NCBI RefSeq assembly: GCF_022045235.1
Contig: NW_027266319.1
Location: 37,634,001-37,698,000, forward strand
Reading direction: 5' to 3'
DNA length: 64,000 nt
Source of the DNA: Haliotis cracherodii
Lineage: Eukaryota
Shown: positions 1 to 13,374 of the stretch, piece by piece
Position numbering within the stretch: position 1 is the first letter of the stretch
Layout of the letters: each line of letters starts with the position of its first letter
The notes under the pieces: generated by a model
The model's database searches: none
Seen by the model: only the letters and a program-made list of their open reading frames with translations
Told to the model about the DNA's origin: nothing
Position numbers and translations under genes: made by a program

Positions 1-1180
1 CTTGGTCAGTAACTTCCGACAAGTATGGGTATCATGTGTAGCTAAGACAGAAAAGTATCACACTGACTTTTTATATACATTTCAGTACCAGTGTGATGTG
101 TTAATGTCGCTTTTCAATTTTTTCGGTAACCTTTCATCAATTCAGTTTGCAGTGACGGCTGGTTTGGTACCGACTGTGATAAACAGTGTCGGTGTCTGAA
201 CAACACAGAAGTCTGTGACAAGAACACAGGACAGTGTCTTGGTGGCTGTGCTCCTGGGTACACCGGCATTGGATGTCAGACAAGTGAGAACCTTTCAATG
301 TTTCTGTGAAAACAATGACCATTTTTATGGTAATGTTTCCATATGTTGAATGAAGATAATTTGAATTGCTTGCACATGTGCACACTTGTGCGGGTGTACG
401 TTGTTTGTGTAAAACGTGTTAAATCGATATGATGATATTATACTATACGGATACAAGCTGGCCCAGATAATGAAATTACTTTGTGTGAGGTGCAAATATT
501 CGGTAAGTACTGGATATTTGAACTGATAGTTATTAATACCCTATCATAACTAGTCACCGCTTATTACTTTCGTATGGGCCTAAATATTTGCGTTTAATCA
601 CACTGTGCATTGATAGTTGTACTAAAACATCGGAGAAACGTCTGTATGTGACGGTGATAGACATTCAGCTGTCTTGGTCAGTAACTTCCGACAAGTATGG
701 GTACCATGTGTAGGTAAGACAGAAAAGTATCAAACTAACTTTTTATATACATTTCAGTACTACTGTGTTGTATTAATGTCGCTTTTCATTTTTTTCGGTA
801 ACCTTTCATCAATTCAGTTTGCAGTGACGGCTGGTTTGGTACCGACTGTGATAAACAGTGTCGGTGTCTGAACAACACAGAAGTCTGTGACAAGAACACA
901 GGACAGTGTCTGGGTGGATGTGCTTCTGGGTACACCGGCATTGGATGTCAGACAAGTGAGAACCTTTCAATGTTTCTGTGAAAACAATGACCATGTTTAT
1001 GGTAATGTTTCCATATGTTGAATGAAGATAATTTGAATTGCTTGCACATGTGCACACTTGTGCGGGTGTACGTTGTTTGTGTAAAACGTGTTAAATCGAT
1101 ATGATGATATTATACTATACGGATACAAGCTGGCCCAGATAATGAATTTACTTTGTGTGAGGTGCAAATATTCGGCAAGT
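1..1180 (+). repeat. 672-bp tandem duplication carrying one EGF exon plus the 3' tail of an F-type lectin exon
   Basis: 1-505 recurs at 673-1177. Relics TIRIQAGPDNE(I/F)TLCEVQIFG at 442-502 (donor gtaagt) and 1114-1174 (donor gcaagt) match the end of gene B lectin exon 2 (VTIRVPDASDIYLTLCEVQIFG). Confidence 0.9.
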
Positions 1181-4100
1181 TGTAGTTATTTCAACTGACA
1201 GATATTAATATCCTTAAAATTTTACACACTGGTGTTGCTGGTAATGATTTCAAATTGATGTCGTTAATTCAGTTTTTACAGTTATGGCCCTTGCTCCATG
1301 ATTGTAAACCTAGTGCATACTACGTGAAATGGGTACAAGTTTTCTCAGAAACTACTGAATTTACCCAGTAGATACTTGTCAAGTTTGAAAATTGGTCCTG
1401 TCAATGAATTGTTTACAGATTGACGGCCTTAGGTCCGTGTCATTTGTGCAATGGGGACAAGTTTTCCCAGAAACAACTGAAGCTAGCTTATCTAAGAGAT
1501 CCTTATCAAGACAATTATTGTTTCCAGAGAAATCGCCTTTTGTGTGTATTAATTTCACATTGAACAATTTTTTCTGACAAAAAGCGGCCCACGTGCCTAT
1601 CTCTTCTGTAGGCTTCGTGGGGCTCTTTTTATAGTTTATATTCACTACGTATACTATATGAACAAACTTCAAATTTGCCTCATAGCGGGGGTCAGTGATA
1701 ACTCTGTTTTCTTGTTTTATCTGGGGACGAGTCGGTATTGTACCACATGGCAAATTGCTGAATTATAGTGACACAGAGGTTAAAGTATGTTCCACTTAAT
1801 TGTGCGTCTTAAGAAATGTATATACTACCGACAAAAAGTAAGGGAACTGATAAAGTGAAGGTGTAATGACGATAAATGTTTGTAAATTGTGTCCACCATT
1901 TTGGACGATACATGTTCGACACCTTGATAGCATACTGTTGTTAACCTTGCGTATGTTACCTTTGGTATTGAAAACCATTCTTCCTAAAGTGCTACCCCAA
2001 GCTAGACCATGATGGCGGGTACAAGGTCTCTGGTGTACGTTCTCCGCCCGAGAACGTCTCACAGATGGTCTATTAACCACGACCGGGACAATCGGCGACG
2101 ACCTGGGCACGATGTGCTCTCGCATTGTCATCTTGCAGTTCAAAAGTTCTGCCGATAATTCCAACGAAAGGAACAACGACGGGACGCATAATTTCGTTCA
2201 CAAATCGTTCGCCAGTCAAACGACCATTCACAATAACCCCATCAGTTCGCCTGTAATGTGTGATTCCGGCCCACACCGCGACACTACCGCCCCCTTACCG
2301 ATCATGGTCAAGAATTGTTGGCCTGGCATGCCGCTCGCCGCTTCGTCGCGAACAACGTTTACTGCCATCTGTAAATCGGAGGAAAAACTTTGATTCTTCT
2401 ATAAACATGGTGTAACACCACTGGGTCACAGCCATTCCCTAGTGTTGTGTAGCCCACCCCACCCTTTGACGCCTGTGCTAAGCTGTTAGGGTCACACCCT
2501 TCACATGGCGCCTTGCATTCAGGCGGGCTGCATAGTAGATGTTGAAATTCGCCTTCCTGTTATTGTAAGGAATTTTCTATAGATAACAGGAACATATCTG
2601 AATCTATTACGTAGTGCAGTTAATGTAATGAGAAGATCGTGTCTTGGTGTCGTGTGTTTAGTCCTGCCACTCCCACTCCACCCGTTTGACGGTTTTGTCC
2701 CCAACTCGAGACAGTACACATTTTTTTTTAAAAACAACGTTTGGTTAATATCTTACAATTTATGCTTTTATTTCTATCAGGAAGAGAAAAACACTGACAT
2801 TATCAGATATATCTGTCTATTTCTATAGTATGTAAATTAAAAAAGAGAAAAACTCAATTGTAAATCTGATATAAAATGACCATCATGATATTGCATGTAT
2901 TTTGGGCCAGAAGCCTTTTACTGAATAACAAGACTAGGTCTGTAAAGACTCCAAGGCCTAATTCAAATACACTGGCGAATGTCAGCATGGCTGTATATGT
3001 AACTTTATGGAGCCTCAAGATGAAACGATGATGAATATGAATACATAGTAAGACAAAAAATTATCAACCTTGCAAATACGTCTTAGAACGTAAAATTAAA
3101 AAAAATCTGAATAAACTTTTGGCAGCTTAATACTAATTGAGGGGGCACTGGTGGCCCAGTCGTCTGAGGTGCCGCGATGCGCTTTGCAGAGTTGCGTCCC
3201 TTGGTCACGCCAGAAACCTATGATTGTGGGTTCGAACCCCGGTTCGCCCTGATTATGTTTTCTAGGTTTGTCAGCACCATATAGCCGTGTTCATGGGTTT
3301 CATCGAAGTGTTAAACGTCTGAAACCAGCATCACTTTGGGCTTTCCTCCCACTTTAAGCTGACACGCAGCGATATAACTGGAATACTGTTAAAGGCGGCA
3401 TAAAACCCAATTCACTCACTAATGCTAGTTGCAAGACGTTCACAGTTGGATTACATCTCAATAACTAGCATTTTGAAGTTATAATTTCACAAACATTTAT
3501 ATCTGTTTCTTTAGCCGTCACAGAGGAAGTATCAAACTGGGGACTTCCTGTAGCAATAACCCTGGGCACGTTGCTGATATTCACGGTGATCGCGGCAACT
3601 ATCTACATCAAACGGTAGGAATAGCTGACTCTGTCATAAAAAATCACGTTTTCGAAAGGGAAAAAAAGGATTTTAATTACTTATCCTTTGATTAACAAAC
3701 TGTTGTGTATCAAACTATTATGTTCATAAAAATAGTATTACTTACTAACCACTTATTATTTTCCTGCACCATGAAAAACCTCTTCAAGAGGTCATACATT
3801 GCGAATGAACCCTAAAATACACAGCCTTCCTTTAAAAGAAGGAAAACTTTATGTTTTTAAATAGTGTCAAGGATTCTGCCGAACGGCTAGCATTTCCTCG
3901 ATCAAGACTGTTTGTCCTCACTAATTTGTACCTCTGTGTACTGAATCGTTTATATATGGTGAAATTTATATTTCGTCACTATCACAGTCATTTCAACAAA
4001 ATTAAATTAACTAAAATGCTGTGTTAATTATATCAACCAGATAGTTTGAAAATTAATTTTGTACACAGAGGTACAATTAGTGAGGACAAACTGTCTTGAT

Positions 4101-4982
4101 CGAGGAAATGCTTGTTCTACGAATAACCGTTCTTACACTGCTAATGAGTGTGGTAGCGTCTTTGTCAACACCCATGTTTTGTATACTAGGTTACTTTACC
4201 GGTGTGCATATTGGCGTTGTATTTTAACTATCTTCTTGTGGTATTATTAGCTTTTACTTATATGTGCAAGAGAAAGCGATCAACATCGAGAAAATGTTTA
4301 TGTGTGGGCTCAGCTTTCACACTACAATTACAAAATGTGCAAACTTACAGTACTACAGTCACACATGTCATAGATGTCAGATGCCATCCGACCCGTGAAG
4401 ATCCGGGGTTAAATAGGTCTTCAGCAACCCATGCTTGCCGTAAAAGGCGACTATGCTTGTCGTAAGAGGCGACTAACGGGATCGAGTGGTCAGGCTCGCT
4501 GACTTGGTTGATGCATGTCATAGTATCCCAATTGCATGGATCGACGCTTATGATGTCAATCACTGGATTGTCTGGTCCAGACTCGATTATTTTCAGACCG
4601 CCGTCATATAGCTACAATATTGCTGAATGCGGCGTTAAACAACAAACAAACATTAGCCATCCAACATGTGATAGTGGTTAAGTACGTTTCGAATCGTTAC
4701 CCTTCACGATATATCACACGTCAGTCGCCTCAGTCTCTTATAGTTTAACTGATCTTAAAGTTTACATGTTTTAGAGCATAGGCGAGTTATTTTACATTAC
4801 GTTTATGTTCAATTTACTAAGTTACTTTGCATGTCAGATTGATGAAGCAACTGGATGACTTGAAAACCATGATGTCTGAGGAACACTATGTGGGACTTGA
4901 TGAGAGGACAACTGACCAAGCAACATGCAATACCTACGAAAAATGTGAAAATGTTTCACCTTACCACATTTCCGTTAAATAG
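146..4982 (+). CDS. Gene A (5' end outside window): EGF-repeat, single-pass membrane receptor with tyrosine-motif tail; exons 146-283, 818-955, 3515-3614, 4838-4982
   Basis: Canonical AG/GT exons with compatible phases. Two 138-nt EGF exons (CSDGWFGTDCDKQCRCLNNTEVCDKNTGQCLGGCAPGYTGIGCQT), a TM exon (VTEEVSNWGLPVAITLGTLLIFTVIAATIYIKR) and a last exon (LMKQLDDLKTMMSEEHYVGLDERTTDQATCNTYEKCENVSPYHISVK*). Exon structure parallels genes B and C. Confidence 0.8.
2030..2700 (-). mobile_element. Decayed Tc1-family transposase fragment in gene A intron
   Basis: Fragments GSGRTKHTTPRHD..LRNRF, MWAGI, FELQDDNARAHRA; multiple stops and frameshifts. Confidence 0.8.
3141..3420 (+). mobile_element. tRNA-derived SINE family B
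   Basis: A box (TGGCCCAGTCG) and B box (GGTTCGAACCC), tail ...GGCATAAAACCCAATTCACTCACT. Other copies at 11550 (-), 12406 and 35030. Confidence 0.85.
3862..4140. mobile_element. Palindromic MITE-like element
   Basis: ~50-bp inverted repeats at 3890-3941 and 4061-4111 (GCATTTCCTCGATCAAGAC...GTACCTCTGTGTAC). Confidence 0.6.
4391..4650 (+). mobile_element. SINE family A (core GCTTGTCGTAAGAGGCGACTAA, (CAAA)n tail)
   Basis: Dispersed repeat. Further full or partial copies near 9290/10090, 15337, 15988, 22380, 23390, 25010, 46950, 51740 (-) and 58950 (-). Confidence 0.85.
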
Positions 4983-5169
4983 TTCAGCGTGTAAATTGAT
5001 GGTTGTATCATCTGTTATGGAAGAGGGGATGACACGCTGCAGATATGTACATCTAACATCTTGAATCAATTTAATCAAAACGATTTCTGTGTTAATTATC
5101 CCATTAAACGGTGTTTGCAAAATGCGTGTAGAAACATAGCTTGTATTTTACAGTGATAGGGATGAATAG

Positions 5170-6897
5170 GTATAAATATGATTAACCACAGGATGTGCAC
5201 TGCACGGTATAAATATGATTAACCACAGGATGTGCACTGCACGGTATAAATATGATTAACCACAGGATGTGCACTGCACGGTGTAAATATGATTAACCAC
5301 AGGATGTGTCCTGCACGGTATAAATATGATTAACCACAGGATGTGCACTGCACGGTATAAATATGATTAACCACAGGATGTGCACTGCACGGTATAAATA
5401 TGATTAACCACAGGATGTGCACTGCGCGGTATAAATATGATTAACCACAGGATGTGCACTGCACGGTAGAAATATGATTAACCACAGGATGTGCACTGCA
5501 ACATATACATCTGATTAACCACAGGATGTGCACTGCACGGTATGAATATGATTAACCACAGGATGTGCACTGCACGGTAGAAATATGATTAACCACAGGA
5601 TGTGCACTGCCCGGTATGAATATGATTAACCACAGGATGTGCACTGCACGGTATAAATATGATTAACCACAGGATGTGCACTGCACGGTAGAAATATGAT
5701 TAACCACAGGATGTGCACTGCGCGGTATAAATATGATTAACCACAGGATGTGCACTGCACGGTAGAAATATGATTAACCACAGGATGTGTACTGCACAGT
5801 AGAAATATGATTAACCACAGGATGAGCACTGCAACATATACATCTGATTAACCACAGGATGTGCACTGCACGGTGTAAATATGATTAACCACAGGATGTG
5901 CATCGCAACATATATACATATGATTAACCACAGGACGTGCACTGCACGGTGTAAATATGATTAACCACAGGATGTGCACTGCACGGTGTAAATATGATTA
6001 ACCACAGGATGTGCACCGCAACATATATACATATGATTAACCACATGATGTGCACTGCACGGTGTAAATATGATTAACCACAGGATGTGCACTGCACGGA
6101 TAAATATGATTAACCACAGGATGTGCACTGCACGGTGTAAATATGATTAACCACAGGATGTTCACGCAACGTATATACATATGATTAACCACAGGATGTG
6201 CACTGCACGGTGTAAATATGATTAACCACAGGATGTGCACCGCAACATATATACATATGATTAACCACATGGTGTGCACTGCACGGTGTAAATATGATTA
6301 ACCACAGGATGTGCACCGCAACATATTGATAAAATTAACCACAGCATGTGCACTGTGTGGTGTGAATATGATTAACCACAGGATGTGCACCCCAACATAT
6401 AAATATGATTAACCACAGGATGTGCACTGCGCGGTATAAATATGATTAACCACAGGACGTGCACCGCAACATATAGATATGATTAACCACAGGATGTGCA
6501 CTGCAACATATACATATGATTAACCACAGGATGTGCACTGCACGGTGTGAATATGATTAACCACAGGATGTGCACTGCCACATATAAATATGATTAACCA
6601 CAGGATGTGCACCGCAACCTATGAATATGATTAACAACAGGATGTGCACCGCAACATAAAAATATGATTAACCACAGGATGTGCACTGTACGGTGTAAAT
6701 ATGATTAACCACAGAATGTGCACTGTACGGTGTAAATATGATTAACCACAGGATGTGCACTGTACGGTGTAAATATGATTAACCACAGGATGTGCACCGC
6801 AACATATTGATAAAATTAACCACAGGATGTGCACTGCGCGGTATAAATATGATTAACCACAGGATGTGCACCGCAAAATATAAATATGATTAACCAT
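5170..6897. repeat. 37-bp minisatellite, about 46 copies
   Basis: Unit GTATAAATATGATTAACCACAGGATGTGCACTGCACG with interspersed variant units; begins ~190 bp after the gene A stop. Confidence 0.97.
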
Positions 6898-8155
6898 GTA
6901 TGCATATTTCACCGGTATAAGCACACCTACATGTTTAATGTAACAATTAGTACATTGAACAGGATTCTCACACTACTTTTATGTTCAGTTCAGTTTCACT
7001 CTACACGTGAAAGGATTTCTTTCTCGACCTGTTTCTTGTTATAAAGATCAGTGAACACGATCAGAAATATAGATTATATACTAAACGAGTCCCAGTTCGA
7101 TACCAAGTATTCCAAAACGTGTGTTCCAAAGTGAGTTATAATAAGAACGGCATCTAACAGAAACTAGTGTAGTAATTTATTTATTAATCACTCACATATC
7201 ATTTTGCACATTATACTGGCTATGTGGTTGCATCAGGAGAGAGTTTATCTGTTGAGACGTTGGTTGAAATTATCGTTAGGCTTTATCATCCATTTCATCT
7301 GTCCCAAAGATTCAGGACAGTGGGCTGCATTGGTTGACGTGAGCATACCGTAACGACTACCCGAGGGGCGCTACGTTCATGTGCATCTCAGTGTTCAAGG
7401 TCGGAAGGAGACGCGGCGATGAATGTTGTAATGATCTTTCGTCATTATGTTTTGTATCGTTGTTATGTCCCGAACCTTTATATTACTTGCACTACTCCAA
7501 CATATAAGTGACGAGTCTCTCTATTTCAAACGTACGTGTTCGAGAGTTTTGCGATAGATCCACAGGCAACTACAAAAACCCAACGGTACTGTTTTTAGTG
7601 GGAATTAGTGTGTGTATCAATCTCTGGTGTTTTGTGACAATTAGTAGTACCCCTTGGGAGCAGATGTTTCCCTTTGACGTCGAGTACAGCTATACTTCAC
7701 TGTTTAAAAAAATCAAAGTACTCGCATATCTGATCTTTTTAATACCGTTTCTTACCACTTAATGTTTTTTTTTAAAGAAATTAAACTGTATAGACATATA
7801 TTTTAACTTTTGAATGTCAGGTGTTACTGTTTACTGCGATACTGGACTCAAGTTTCAGTGATTTTAAATTTACTTTCTGTGTTCGTTTATCCTTATAGAC
7901 AAATGTAATCTTTCTCTCGCCGCGAATAGCTGCTGGTGCGGCTAAAAGCAATATTAACTCACTCACTCACTCACTCATTGAAACACGTGTTCTCAATGTT
8001 GTTTACTTCACAGCTATGTATTGTTGAACATGCCCGTATATGAAACTCTTTTTTAAGTATTTCAGATTTATGAGACCTAAAATTTACCTTCCAGCTGTTT
8101 GCGCCCCATAAGCGTGGTATTTTCATACAATTGTAAGTAAAGGTTGGTGAATTTA

Positions 8156-8310
8156 GTAGCTAGACTTTATATTTCAGAAGTTCACAGTAATTAGACTTTA
8201 TATTTCAGAAGTTCACAGTAGCTAGACTTTATATTTCAGAAGTTCACAGTAGCTAGACTATATATTTCAGAAGTTCACAGTAGCTAGACTATATATTTCA
8301 GAAGTTCACA
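8156..8310. repeat. 31-bp tandem repeat, 5 copies
   Basis: Unit AGTAGCTAGACTTTATATTTCAGAAGTTCAC. Confidence 0.95.
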
Positions 8311-9363
8311 AATTGCACACCTTCATCAAACGCAAAATAATTATACATACTTGCATGCAAACTGGAAACTTTGTGTCTGATTCATCCGTTCATTTCAAAC
8401 CATCATCAAGACAAACGCCATTGAAAAGAGTATCCCGTGACCCTGGACTTGACAGTGGCGGATTCAGTAAATAACATGGCTGTCTACGAAATCTGTTGTT
8501 TGCTTAATCTATATCAACTTCCCGTGTCACCATGTGAGTGGTACATTTATGTTGCTAAAACCCGGTGAGGAACACTACCCTCAGTACGTGTAACCTAAAA
8601 ACACATAATATCCAGCCAATGTGTTTGAAAACATGATATGTGAAGTCGAGATTCATACGATACATCATTTTTAATATTTCAGACACGACGTATCACTGTA
8701 CATCCACTCATTCAAGTTCCCTTAATGCCCTGTTGCAATTTTAGCAGTCAACACATCTTAGTGGACTTGAGTAAGCATAGTTGTAATTGCGTTTGTTTCT
8801 GGTGTGCAGGTCACTGTGCCATGAAATGCAAATGCAAGTACATTTGTTCACATTTTTGGGGTGCCAATTCCGACTTTCAATGTCAGATCGAACCTTTATT
8901 AGTATGAAGGCTACTGGCCCATATACAGATATAGAAAACATCAGCTTTTCCACATGAATAGTATATCTTAATTTGATGCTTTTTTGACAAGAAAGGTCTT
9001 GAATTATCAATCAGATGAGTATCTGAGGAATATTGCACACGCAGATAATCATGTATTATGAGTTTATAAGAATCACGTATTAAGGTAAAGGGGTATTCAC
9101 ATTTCATCCCTTGGTTACAAAGAGGACATGCAGGTAAAACATCATCTTGTATCTCTGTGGGAACAGTCTATTGGGAACAGTCTACTGTTTACCTAACAAA
9201 TAGGGTCTTCTTTCTCGAGAGTCCAACATCACGATTACGGATCGTTTGTGCCGTCATTCTTCTCCAACAAGGAATAGTAAACTCTTCCGCTACCCATGCT
9301 TAAGGTGACTATGCTTGTCGTAAGTTGCGACTAACGGGATCGAGTGGTCAGGATCGCTGACTT

Positions 9364-10085
9364 CTTTTTTTTTTCTTCTTTTTTTTATTTTCCTTCTTTA
9401 TTCATCTCAGCAGGTACAGCATTTATATACATATGTCACGTCAATACAATTGTGGTACATGGATTTCAAAAAGTGTAAATCTTTCCATACAATAAATTCT
9501 TGCCTATAAAGTCCACGTACTGTATCAGTGTATCACTGTTCAGTTTTTAACAAAGTGTGGAAGGAAGACCAAAAACTAAAAAAGTTTGCATAGTTACAAT
9601 TTGTGAATGACATTACCTTTGTAGCATTGTAATAACATTTTATCTCATGCTGTATGTGTTCAAAATTTGGCCTTAATCCGTTCCTACATTGTCTGTATAT
9701 TACTTGTTTTGTTATTAAAAGTACAATATTCAATGGGTTGTTGTGTTTGCCTTGAAATCCAAACAAAACATGTTCTCTGTTTAAATCAATGGTCCTTTCC
9801 ACAACAGATTTTAACCAGATATACAGTCTCTCCCAACTCTTTCTTACGTGTTCACAATCATACAACATATGGATTATAGTTTCAGGTTGATTTGTACAGA
9901 AAGTACACATAGGAGAATCAGCATATCCAATTTTATATAAATATTTGTTAGTTATAAGAATGTAGTTAATAATCTTAATCTGAAACCATCTAATATCCTC
10001 ACTTTGAGTGCAGCTTTTTGCCATCAATATATGTTCTTTCCGATTTGTTTCACTAAATGTCTTATTTAGTATACTTTCCCATATT
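9364..10085 (-). mobile_element. 5'-truncated L1/Tx1-like LINE (ORF2 C-terminal zinc-binding region) inserted into a family A SINE
   Basis: ORF 9533-10027 has CTFC..QPETIIH..YDC (zf-RVT-like). Poly(A) tail seen as a T-run from 9364. Imperfect 14-bp target duplication AGGATCGCTGACTT (9350-9363) / AGGCTTGCTGACTT (10086-10099). SINE halves lie on both sides. Confidence 0.85.
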
Positions 10086-10254
10086 AGGCTTGCTGACTTG
10101 GTTGATGATGCATGTCATCGTATCCCAATTGCGTGGATCGATGCTCATGATGTCAATGACTGGATTGTCTGGTCCATACTCGATTATTTACAGATCGCCG
10201 TCATATAGCAGGAATATTGCTGAGTGCGGCGTTAAACTAAAGACAAACAAACAC

Positions 10255-10975
10255 ATATTACATAATCAAAGAACATTGATATTTTAAACACAATAATACA
10301 CTACTGCAAATCGTTTCTCTCCCATCGGAATTACAGGGTAGTATAGATCCCCAGCATCACATGCTTTTCGTATGAACCGATTAAATTGGGAATCGATTGG
10401 TTACAATGTCTGCCCGGACTGATCCTGTCTCACCGTACCCCACCAGCGTGAAAAGTGTTGCTTACGCTATCAACCATTGTTTTTTCTGACTCACTTGTTG
10501 ATACACAACCGTGATATACGATTGACTAATGTCAGAGAACTACCTTGCTATCTACTATGCTCCCCCAACCTGAATAATTCAACCATGTCTCACGTTTGAG
10601 CAATATATTTGATTTCTTAAATTTCTAGTTTTTGAAAATGTATTTTAGATTTCATAATTCAGTTTCACAATGTCATTCTCTGTTGATAAGTAATTACGCT
10701 TACAAATAATATCTCATATGTATGACCTAAAAGCTTATTGAAGCATTAGTCCTTCACAGAATATCAGGAGGACCTATGATTGTATACCTGAGGCTAATAG
10801 TTGTGTGCTGATTATTATACAGAAACCATCGCCTGCAGAAACTGTGCGCCGTTCATTGATATCGCTCAAACCCAAAGTATAAGACGTTGTCGTCAATTTC
10901 ATCTTGTTTGAGGTCAATATATTCGCACAAGGCAAGGTAAATAATATTTTTGGAATAAGGATTCATAAGGAATAA
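10255..10975. repeat. Inverted duplicate of 49415-50100
   Basis: ~700 bp alignable by eye to the reverse complement of 49415-50100. Confidence 0.9.
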
Positions 10976-11549
10976 GGCAAGAATTCTAAATAGTCAGCTG
11001 TTTAATAACTTGTAAATAAATTTACACCGACACGGAATAAGATATGAACCTGCGTGATTAGCCGATACAGCTTGCAGGTTGAAGCAGTAAATATCAATCG
11101 ATTGAAGCGCCCCAAAAAAGTCTTGTAAATACACAGAAAGCATGCTGCCGTGGTGTATTTGTTATGAATTTTTGTTTCAGGAAAGTCTTTGGGTGAGTGA
11201 GTGAGTTAATATTTAACGTCACATCGGCAATATTTCAGCCATATCATGACCTGGGGAATGTCTATGGTACTTATGGGTACAATCGATAATAACATCAAAT
11301 GTTTGGCCTGCAAGTTTTTATTGGTTGTTTTCATTTAAAACTTTGTAAGGTTTACTGTAATAATGAGAACAGACAGCTCCTACTTGCCGATTCATCACAA
11401 GCGAATGCCGCTTGACCTACACGGAGTTCCGGCCTGAACGGGCCACTGCGCTCATTTACTGTGAAAAGACATCGTTTATCAAATTCAGTATGTAAGAGGG
11501 GTAATCGCATAATGGTTAAAAATCAAGGTGTAACATGCAACACAGGAAA

Positions 11550-11765
11550 TGAGTGAGTGAGTTGGGTTTAACGCGGCTTTTAACAGTATTCCAGTTGTAT
11601 CACGTCGTGTCAACTTAATGTGGGAGGAAAGCCCCAAGTGATGCAGGTCTCAGACCTTTACCACTTCGGTGAAACCCACGAGCACGGGTATGGTGCGAAC
11701 CGAGATTCGAACCAACAATCATAGATTACTGGTGTGCCCAAGGGACGCAACTCTGCACAGCGAAA
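11550..11765 (-). mobile_element. SINE family B, internally deleted
   Basis: Reverse complement of the family B body and (CACT)n tail. Confidence 0.8.
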
Positions 11766-12405
11766 ACAGGAAATATATTGGAACCAAAATTATTCATATT
11801 GTTTTAAACATGTATGTTTTGATTGAACATTTCAAAAACATTATTTTTTTGTAAATGTTATTTGGCAAACAAAGAGTTGGCCGCCAATTGATGATGCCTC
11901 GCATCAAAGTGTACTTGTGTAATATGTCAATGTTATGAATGCAATGCCCTCTTTCCAATGAAACGTAAACACAGTTAGAAGAAACTCTGTTTTCATTCAT
12001 TGATGTGCTGTACCACTCATGGCTATCAAAATTATTATTCGAATTCCCAACACCTCAACCGACTACACTAAACAACAGCCGCCAGATGAAATATTTATAA
12101 GTTTGTGTGTTACACAAAGCAACATGACAGATGTTTTCGATCAGACCCCTTTTCCGCTAGTAGTGGATTATATAAAATGTGGATTTTTAAAGAACGTATC
12201 ATCAGTATTGCTTTAATAGTATGTTTCTATTATTATAAGCAAACCCGCACTTTATATACCAGCATTATTCTGGTACCTGCTTTAAAAGATCTCGCTTCAC
12301 ACATAAAAAACAACACCTTCAGGCGCCTATATTGATGTAGTATACACAATCGTCTTGTTTGGTACTCGAACAGCAGAATTTTTTAATTGTACACTACTGT
12401 TAGAA

Positions 12406-12685
12406 GGGGCACGGGTGGCCCAGTCGTCTTAAACGCCGCGATTCGCGGTGCAGAGTTGCGTCCCTTGGGCACGCCAGAAACCTATGAGTGTGGGTTTGAA
12501 TCCCAGTTCGCCCCGAAAATGTTTCTAGGTTTGACAGCACCATACCCGTGCTCGTGGGTTTCACCGATGTGATAAACGTCTGAGACCTGCATCACTTCGG
12601 GCTTTTCTCCCACATTAAGCTGACCCGCCGCGATATAACTGGAATACTGTTAAAAGCGGCGTTAAACCCAACTCACTCACTCACT
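12406..12685 (+). mobile_element. SINE family B
   Basis: Full-length match to the 3141 and 35030 copies. Confidence 0.85.
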
Positions 12686-13073
12686 AATATTAGAAAAGAG
12701 TTCAGTGTTTGGGTGCAAAGGCGATACCGGTGCGACTTCCTCTCGGAGAATATGACAGTCTATTTTCGATCTCTTTGTGGGCGATGTTTTTTTTCTGAAT
12801 TATAACAAACACTTTCAAATTATGCATACCATCGCATAAGGTCGGTTTTGTTATAAATTGATAAATGTTACACTCTGATTAGAAATATATAAATGCCTCT
12901 TCTCTAGTGTCCTTGCATTTGTCTGATATAGAGGAACTAACTCGGTTTCGCGGGTACCATTGCATCGTACCTCAGTCGTTTCTAAACGTAGATTATAGCA
13001 GTTGATATTCATACCCGTGTAGAAAACGTCACGATGGGAATATTAAGGTACTACTGTCTGCAATGAATGCACC

Positions 13074-13235
13074 GGACGATGGGGTAGCCTAGTGGTTAAA
13101 GCGTTCGCCCGTCACGCCGAAGACCTGGGTTGGATTTCCCACATGGGTACAACGTGTGAAGCCCATTTCTGGTATTCCCCGCTGTGATATTACTAGAATA
13201 TTGCTAAAAGCGGCATAAAACCATACTCACTCACT
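13074..13235 (+). mobile_element. Short tRNA-Asp-like SINE family C
   Basis: Head GGTAGCCTAGTGGTTAAAGCGTTCGCCCGTCACGCCGAAGACC...GGTTGGATTTCCC, (CACT)n tail. Second copy at 48448. Confidence 0.8.
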
Positions 13236-13374
13236 ATACATGTACTCATTGCAACTTAGGTTTTTAGTCAAAAGTGTTTCTTTTTTAATAATCACGAAGC
13301 TATTGTATTTTTTTATTTACACCAACACACCAGCATACCAGCACACGTTCATTACAAGAAATATGTGGTGAGGT

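Noticed and set aside
1265-1760. Possible Helentron-associated non-autonomous repeat; 124-aa ORF 1379-1753
   Set aside because: Single copy in the window with unconvincing termini; the ORF has no recognisable motif.
4940-4982. ITIM in gene A tail (SPYHIS)
   Set aside because: Y+3 is Ser, not I/V/L, so an inhibitory paralog is not supported.
5170-6897. CRISPR-like repeat/spacer appearance
   Set aside because: The variable parts are short variants of one sequence, not unique spacers; no cas genes; eukaryotic context.
13074-13150. Functional tRNA genes (also near 3141, 46580, 48448, 60740)
   Set aside because: Imperfect cloverleaves that mostly continue into repeated SINE bodies; these are tRNA-derived heads.
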